A stretch of DNA of 21,556 nucleotides from Candidatus Thorarchaeota archaeon SMTZ1-45 (GTDB taxonomy: Archaea > Asgardarchaeota > Thorarchaeia > Thorarchaeales > Thorarchaeaceae), in the NCBI GenBank assembly GCA_001563335.1, contig LRSL01000039.1, forward strand, positions 1 to 21,556. The letters are read 5' to 3'. Both the position numbers and the translations under genes were made by a program. Under the pieces are notes generated by a model. The model saw nothing but the letters and a program-made list of their open reading frames with translations, was not told the DNA's origin and ran no database searches. Within the stretch, counting starts at the first letter, position 1. Every line of letters starts with the position of its first letter. Shown piece by piece: positions 15,992 to 21,556 of this stretch.

Positions 15992-16399
15992 ATGTCAAAT
16001 AAGAAGAAGAAAGAACCAGAGCTCGAGGTCTCTGAAGAAGAGCCTGAGATTGAAGAGGCTGAAGAGATTGAAGAAGCACCAGCTGACGCTAAGAAAGTTG
16101 AGGTTCCAGTAGAGGAAGAGAAACCTGAAGAGGAAGAAGAGATCATAGATGAACGGATCTACACCGTGCCATTAAGGAAAGCCTACTGGTCAGGGACCAG
16201 ACTTCGTAGGTCTAATAGAGCAGTCAGGGTTCTCCGCGAGTTTGTGGAGAGGCATATGAAACCTGAGGAGCTTCTTATCCAACCTGAAGTAAATGAGCAC
16301 ATCTGGGCAAGAGGTATTCAGAAACCTCCACGAAGAGTTAGAATCCGAGCGACCAAGAATTCAGACAATCTTGTGCGTGTCTATCTTGCGGAGGGGTAG
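15992..16399 (+). CDS. rpl31e: 50S ribosomal protein eL31 with acidic N-terminal extension
   Basis: ERIYTVPLR, RAVRVLREFVERHMK, VNEHIWARGIQKPPRRVR. Confidence 0.96.
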   Translation: MSNKKKKEPELEVSEEEPEIEEAEEIEEAPADAKKVEVPVEEEKPEEEEEIIDERIYTVPLRKAYWSGTRLRRSNRAVRVLREFVERHMKPEELLIQPEVNEHIWARGIQKPPRRVRIRATKNSDNLVRVYLAEG

Positions 16400-16405
16400 C
16401 TCAGA

Positions 16406-17071
16406 ATGATCGCCCGAACAGACTTCGAGGGCGATTCGAATGTTGGAGCTTATGGAATCGCCACAGACCGCTTTGTATTTGTTAGCTCTAATATGTCAGA
16501 GAAGGGACTAGACACCATCGAGAAAACGTTCAATCTACCTTTAGTTCAAACAACAATTGCTACTCTAGACGCTGTGGGACTGGTTTCTGTGGCTACATCT
16601 AATGGGATTCTTGTTCCATACACAACAACAGATGAGGAGCTTGCTCAACTCAAGAGTTCGTCAGAGGTCCCAGTAGACTGGTTGGATGACAAGATGACGG
16701 CACTTGGAAATATTATCATTGCCAATGACAATGGCGCAATATGTCATCCCGACTTCAATTTTAGATCTAGACGGAAGATATCAGATGTCCTTGGAGTGGA
16801 AGTCGTTTCTGGTAGTCTTGCTAAATTACCTATTGTGGGTGCAAATGCGATAGCAACAAACCATGGAGCAGTAGTACATCCTCTAGCCACGAAAAGTGAG
16901 ATTGAACTGCTAGCACAGTTGTTAAAAGTGCATGTAGAAGTTGGAACAGTGAACAGAGGAAGCCCATACACAAGTCTGGGTGTGTTAGCAAATACTGATG
17001 GAATGATTGCAGGAACTGATACAACAGGAGTTGAACTAGCACATATCAGTCAGGTCTTGGGATTTGTATAG
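16406..17071 (+). CDS. eif6: Translation initiation factor 6 (aIF6)
   Basis: Pentein repeats, LGNIIIAND, GTVNRGSP, TTGVEL. Confidence 0.96.
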   Translation: MIARTDFEGDSNVGAYGIATDRFVFVSSNMSEKGLDTIEKTFNLPLVQTTIATLDAVGLVSVATSNGILVPYTTTDEELAQLKSSSEVPVDWLDDKMTALGNIIIANDNGAICHPDFNFRSRRKISDVLGVEVVSGSLAKLPIVGANAIATNHGAVVHPLATKSEIELLAQLLKVHVEVGTVNRGSPYTSLGVLANTDGMIAGTDTTGVELAHISQVLGFV

Positions 17072-17087
17072 ATGAGGTGCAACTTGG

Positions 17088-17330
17088 ATGAGTTCGAAAA
17101 TTTGGCGAGCAACTGGCGCTTACATAAAAGGGAAGAGAAAGTTCACATTTACTAGAGAGCTTCTTGCTGATAAGGAGGATCATGTCAGGGAGCGAATCTT
17201 CTCAGAAATGGGTAGCCGCCATAGGGTGAAACGCAAAGATGTTGAAATCTCTGAGATAAACGAGATTAAACCTGAAGAAGTCACAAACTTGGAACTAAGA
17301 AGAATACTTGGAGTGGAGACTGAATTCTAA
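17088..17330 (+). CDS. rpl18a: 50S ribosomal protein eL20 (L18Ae/LX)
   Basis: FSEMGSRHRVKR motif; synteny between aIF6 and pfdA. Confidence 0.93.
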   Translation: MSSKIWRATGAYIKGKRKFTFTRELLADKEDHVRERIFSEMGSRHRVKRKDVEISEINEIKPEEVTNLELRRILGVETEF

Positions 17331-17779
17331 TGAAGGAAGATCCACAAGCTAAGCTCGAGAGGGTCTATAACGAGCAACAGATAATGGAATCAAATCTCAA
17401 TCTTTTGCAGCAACGAATTGAAGTAGTCCAAGTATATATCACAAACTATCGCTCTGGTCTTTTAGTCCTAGAGGAGATAGAGAAAAGGAAAGAGGATGAG
17501 GAGATGCTCATGAATGTGGGAGGCAGCATCTTCGTTCAGGCCAAACTTGTAGATCCAGACAGGGTAATCCGCGGGATTGGAAACGGAGTTCGAATAGAAC
17601 AGAATGTTGCAGACGCAAAAGCAGCGATAATTGAGGCTGTGTCCAGTCTAGAGAAACAATACGAGGCGCTTACTCAAGAATATCAACGTTTGATTGCTCA
17701 TGCATCTAATCTTAATGCACAATTTCAGCAGCTAGCAGCACAGATTCAAGGTGCAACATCCCCCGGTAAGGAGGAGTAA
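17330..17779 (+). CDS. pfdA: Prefoldin alpha subunit
   Basis: Coiled coil - beta hairpins (MNVGGSIFV, RGIGNGVRIE) - coiled coil; TAATG overlap with rpl18a. Confidence 0.92.
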   Translation: MKEDPQAKLERVYNEQQIMESNLNLLQQRIEVVQVYITNYRSGLLVLEEIEKRKEDEEMLMNVGGSIFVQAKLVDPDRVIRGIGNGVRIEQNVADAKAAIIEAVSSLEKQYEALTQEYQRLIAHASNLNAQFQQLAAQIQGATSPGKEE

Positions 17780-17783
17780 CTTA

Positions 17784-18695
17784 TTGTTTGAGAAGCTCAG
17801 GGGAGCACTAGATTCAGCTATTACAAAAGCTACGACAAGAGAGCTTAACGAGAAGAATCTTGCAGATGCTGTCTGGGAGCTTCAGATGGTTCTAATTCAG
17901 AATGATGTGGCGGTTGAAGTTGCAGAGCACATATGTGAACTGACAAAGAAGAAAGTACTTGGAACGAGAGCAGGAAGACTCGAGAACCTCAGTCGCCTTT
18001 TCAAGTCTGCTATATACGATTCAATTCTCGAAGTTCTCACACCTGAGCATCCACTAGACCCAATTGAATTTGCACGAGAAAAGAGGGAAAAGGGAGAAAC
18101 AACTACTATTCTGTTTGTTGGGGTCAATGGGACAGGCAAGACGACAACTTTGGCAAAGCTTGCTAATATATTCAAAAAAAAGGGATTCTCGGTTGTAATT
18201 GCGGCTGGTGATACTTATCGAGCAGGAAGCATCGAACAGCTTGAGAAGCATGCTGAAAGATTGGGAGTTCGGGTAATAAGACAGGACTATGGTGCTGATG
18301 CTGCAGCTATAGCTTATGATGCTGTTGCGCATGCAAAGGCGCGGCACATTGACATAGTCTTGATTGACTCTGCTGGCAGGATGCAGAGTAACAAGAATCT
18401 CCTTGAGGAGATGAAGAAGATTGTACGTGTGGCTGAACCCGACTTGAAGATCTTTGTTGGAGATGCTCTAGCTGGAAATGATGCTCTATCTCAGGCAAAG
18501 GAGTTTCATAATGCAATAGGCATTGATGGGGCGATTCTGGCTAAAGTTGATGCAGACCCATCTGGTGGAGCAGCTCTTTCTATTGCATTTGTCACTGGGA
18601 GACCCGTGGTCTATGTTGGAGTAGGCCAATACTATGATGACCTAAAGCGTTTTGACCCCAGTTGGTTTGCAGAACGACTCATTGCCGAGAATTGA
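17784..18695 (+). CDS. ftsY: SRP receptor FtsY
   Basis: GVNGTGKTTT, DTYRAG, DSAGR, AKVDAD, GVGQ. TTG 17784 (MFEKL) after GAGGAG is preferred over 17751. Confidence 0.96.
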   Translation: MFEKLRGALDSAITKATTRELNEKNLADAVWELQMVLIQNDVAVEVAEHICELTKKKVLGTRAGRLENLSRLFKSAIYDSILEVLTPEHPLDPIEFAREKREKGETTTILFVGVNGTGKTTTLAKLANIFKKKGFSVVIAAGDTYRAGSIEQLEKHAERLGVRVIRQDYGADAAAIAYDAVAHAKARHIDIVLIDSAGRMQSNKNLLEEMKKIVRVAEPDLKIFVGDALAGNDALSQAKEFHNAIGIDGAILAKVDADPSGGAALSIAFVTGRPVVYVGVGQYYDDLKRFDPSWFAERLIAEN

Positions 18696-18707
18696 GGAAG
18701 TGGACAG

Positions 18708-18716
18708 TTTTTTATA
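18708..18716 (+). promoter_or_regulatory. Putative TATA box for argF-pfkB (the T-run may also terminate ftsY)
   Basis: TTTTTTATA about 46 nt upstream of the argF TTG; GAGGTG SD at 18750-18755. Confidence 0.45.
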
Positions 18717-18761
18717 CGACTCAACTATGATGGCGCTATAGAAAGCCCTGAGGTGTAAGTA

Positions 18762-19685
18762 TTGAGCCTAAGAGGTAGAAATTTTATTGATCTTGCGGAT
18801 TTCGAAAGGTTTGAGCTTAGACAAGTCTTGGACACTGCGCATGATCTGAAGCGGAAACAGAAACGAGGTGAACCACACGAGCTTCTGAAAGGCAAGTCCT
18901 TGGCTATGATCTTCATGAAGTCATCTACTAGAACTAGGGTATCTTTTGAGGTGGGAATGACACAGCTTGGGGGTCATGCACTCTATCTTGAGCCAGGTGG
19001 CACTCAACTTGGAAGAGGAGAAACAATCGGAGACACTGCTCTGGTTCTAAGCAGATACTGTGATGTGATTATGGCACGGGTCTATGGTCATAATGAGGTC
19101 ATGGAGCTAGCCAAGCACGCTACTGTCCCAGTCATTAATGGATTGTCGGACCTCTTGCATCCATGTCAGATTATGGCAGACATGCAGACCATAGAAGAAC
19201 ACAAGGGAAATCTTGAGGGACTCAAGATAACATACGTTGGCGATTCGAATAATGTCAGTAATTCAATAATGCAGGGTTGCACAATCATGGGAATGGATGT
19301 CACTATAGGGTCTCCGAAGGGATATACACCATCAGATGAGATGATGAAGAGAGCAACTGCACTAAGCACAAGGTATGGGACAACACTAGAAGTTGTAAGC
19401 AATCCTAGCGAGGCGGTGAAAGGGGCTGATGTAATCTATACTGACACGTTCTTCAGCATGGGTCAAGAGAGGGAAAAGGAAAAAGAGGATGCACTGATGC
19501 CATTCCAAGTGAATAAAGCATTAGTCAGTAAAGCAAATAGCGAAGCCATCGTGATGCACTGTTTGCCTGCTCACCGTGATGAGGAACTAACCTCAGAGGT
19601 TATGGATGGTCCTCACTCGGTTGTATTCGATCAAGCAGAAAATCGTCTGCATGCACAGAAGGCAATACTTGCACTCATTGTATAA
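18762..19685 (+). CDS. argF: Ornithine carbamoyltransferase
   Basis: SSTRTRVSFE, HPCQ, YTDTFFSMG, MHCLPAHR, QAENRLH. Confidence 0.96.
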   Translation: MSLRGRNFIDLADFERFELRQVLDTAHDLKRKQKRGEPHELLKGKSLAMIFMKSSTRTRVSFEVGMTQLGGHALYLEPGGTQLGRGETIGDTALVLSRYCDVIMARVYGHNEVMELAKHATVPVINGLSDLLHPCQIMADMQTIEEHKGNLEGLKITYVGDSNNVSNSIMQGCTIMGMDVTIGSPKGYTPSDEMMKRATALSTRYGTTLEVVSNPSEAVKGADVIYTDTFFSMGQEREKEKEDALMPFQVNKALVSKANSEAIVMHCLPAHRDEELTSEVMDGPHSVVFDQAENRLHAQKAILALIV

Positions 19686-19688
19686 GGG

Positions 19689-20705
19689 GTGGATAGGTTG
19701 CCGGGCGAGGTTGTAGCAATAGGAAGAATCAATGTCGATATTGACATGAGAGTAGAAAAACTTCCAGAGATAAACCAGCATATAATTAGTCAAGTGGGTA
19801 GAATTGACTTTGGCGGGTCAGCCGCTAACTTCGCTTGTCAGTGCGCAAAACTGGGTATCAAGACAATGCTGGTGAGCTGTGTTGGTGATGATGAATTTGG
19901 AAAACTAGCAACAAAGGCAATCACAAAAGATGGGGTGGACACAAGCTGTCTTCTCGTTCTGGAGAAACAGCCAACAGGCATCTTTGTCTATACTCATGAC
20001 ACTAATGGCAATCGCCTTGTTGTTGTTGAACCCGGAGCTAATCGATTCCTTGAGAAACGTGTATTTGAAGAGGAAAAGCTACTCGATGCTCAGTTAGTTC
20101 ATATCGCAGGCTCTTTTCCCATGTTGACAGGCAGGGTAGCTGAACTCACTACATCAAATGGAATGATTCTATCTCTAGATCCTGGACGTGCAGGATCGAA
20201 TCTTGACTATGATAAGATTCTGAAACAAACCGATCTTCTATTCCTGAATCAGACCGAACTCAAGGAGTACTTCAAGATTAATCCTAGTGAAAGCGCTCTT
20301 CGAACTTTTGCAAAGACATTTCCAGGCATAGTGGTCCTAAAGATGGGAGAGAAGGGTGCTATAGCTACAGATGGGTTTGAATATTGCACATCTGAGGTCT
20401 TTGAAGTACCAGTCGTTGATACACTGGGTGCAGGTGATTCATTTGCAGCTGGATTTGTTGCAGCATGGATGCGGTCAGAGAGAATAGAACAAGCCCTGAA
20501 TGTAGCAAATGCAGTAGCTGCACTGACGATCACTCAGCCTGGAGCGCAGAATGGACAACCAACCCTTGATGAAGCAGCCAAACTCTTGCGACGACATAGG
20601 ATTTCGATTGATTCTGTGTTGAAGACCTTCAAAGTTAGAAGCAAAACGAGAAAATCCAAAGGTAAAAAGAATGCCAAGTCTAGGAAGGGCCGTGGTAGTA
20701 ACTGA
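19689..20705 (+). CDS. PfkB/ribokinase family carbohydrate or nucleoside kinase
   Basis: GGSAANFA, VGDDEFG, DTLGAGDSFAAG; Lys/Arg-rich C-terminal tail. Confidence 0.92.
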   Translation: MDRLPGEVVAIGRINVDIDMRVEKLPEINQHIISQVGRIDFGGSAANFACQCAKLGIKTMLVSCVGDDEFGKLATKAITKDGVDTSCLLVLEKQPTGIFVYTHDTNGNRLVVVEPGANRFLEKRVFEEEKLLDAQLVHIAGSFPMLTGRVAELTTSNGMILSLDPGRAGSNLDYDKILKQTDLLFLNQTELKEYFKINPSESALRTFAKTFPGIVVLKMGEKGAIATDGFEYCTSEVFEVPVVDTLGAGDSFAAGFVAAWMRSERIEQALNVANAVAALTITQPGAQNGQPTLDEAAKLLRRHRISIDSVLKTFKVRSKTRKSKGKKNAKSRKGRGSN

Positions 20706-20784
20706 GTATTATCTGGGTAGTATTCTACTTTTTGTTACAACAATACCTGCGTAATAACATCATCTAGATGTGAGTGGTAATATT

Positions 20785-21556
20785 ATGCACCCGTTACTAG
20801 AAGAGGTCCTCAAATCGTCAGGTGGAAAACGTGACTCACCTGGCAAGAAAACGAAAAAGGTTCCAAAATCAGCTACAACTGATGAGGAACTTGCTGAGTT
20901 ACTTGAATCTGTGAACGCGAGAATATTAGTTGTAGGTGTTGGTGGAGCAGGAAACAATGCAATAACACGCCTAATGGAAGTTGGTGTAGAGGGAGCTGAA
21001 ACGCTTGCAGCAAATACAGATGCTCAGGACCTCTACTTCTGCAACTCACATCATAAATTACTCCTTGGAAGGGAAACTTGCGGAGGATTGGGAGCTGGTA
21101 ATGATCCAGACATTGGAGAGGCTGCTGCAATCGAAACATACGATGATATCAAGGATGTGGTACATGGAGATCTTGTATTCATCACTGCAGGAATGGGAGG
21201 AGGGACTGGAACAGGAGCTGCGGCCCATATAGCTAAGGCAGCTAAGGAGAATGGTGCTCTGACAGTAGCAATTGTTTGTCTACCATTTGATGTAGAAGGA
21301 GCTACTAGAAAGAAGAATGCAACTCGTGGTCTCAATGCCTTGATGGAACACGTAGACACCCTCATCGCTATACCCAATGAAAAACTCCTAGAGATTGCAC
21401 CGGATTTATCCCTTCCAGAGGCATTCATGGTAGCAGACGAGGTATTAGTCCGGGCTGTGAAGGGAATTGCTGAACTGATATCAAAACCAGGTCTTGTGAA
21501 TCTGGACTTTGCTGATGTACGAACCACTATGAAGAATGGTGGAGTTTCAATAATCG
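20785..21556 (+). CDS. ftsZ: Cell division protein FtsZ, 3'-truncated by the window edge (absent from the ORF track)
   Basis: Translation from ATG 20785: MHPLLEEVLK...VVGVGGAGNN...NTDAQDL...GLGAG...AGMGGGTGTG...NLDFADV. An in-frame GTG at 20770 is an alternative start. Confidence 0.97.
   Translation, partial: MHPLLEEVLKSSGGKRDSPGKKTKKVPKSATTDEELAELLESVNARILVVGVGGAGNNAITRLMEVGVEGAETLAANTDAQDLYFCNSHHKLLLGRETCGGLGAGNDPDIGEAAAIETYDDIKDVVHGDLVFITAGMGGGTGTGAAAHIAKAAKENGALTVAIVCLPFDVEGATRKKNATRGLNALMEHVDTLIAIPNEKLLEIAPDLSLPEAFMVADEVLVRAVKGIAELISKPGLVNLDFADVRTTMKNGGVSII

Noticed and set aside
17751-17783. N-terminal extension of FtsY overlapping pfdA
   Set aside because: TTG 17784 with an upstream GAGGAG gives the canonical MFEKL start.
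21051-21527. 158-aa minus-strand ORF
   Set aside because: Antisense shadow of ftsZ, which the track missed because it has no stop in the window.

Overview
Archaeal chromosomal window; the combination of eukaryote-like topoisomerase IB, FtsZ, Nep1, eL18a/LX and intron-containing tRNA suggests an Asgard (Thorarchaeia-like) or related lineage (inference). The right part (13.4-21.6 kb) is a conserved housekeeping block: nep1, rnp4, yhbY, rps19e, PDCD5-like, rpl39e, rpl31e, aIF6, rpl18a, pfdA, ftsY, argF, pfkB and a truncated ftsZ. The left part is an accessory region between two convergent tRNA-Gly genes: a two-intron tRNA-Gly(GCC) at 1843-1980 and an intron-less tRNA-Gly(TCC) at 12982-13056, the latter followed by topoisomerase IB. 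The most unusual structure is directly downstream of tRNA-Gly(GCC): three single-gene units, each encoding a membrane-anchored or secreted protein and each closed by a degenerate direct copy of a tRNA 3' end (T-arm + acceptor strand + CCA; 2654-2681, 3437-3464, 5116-5143). No integrase is present in the window. This resembles an integron-like cassette array that uses tRNA 3' ends as boundaries. The copies share an acceptor strand (nGAGCGC) that differs from both tRNA-Gly genes here but complements a GCGCTCG motif in the tRNA's 5' leader.
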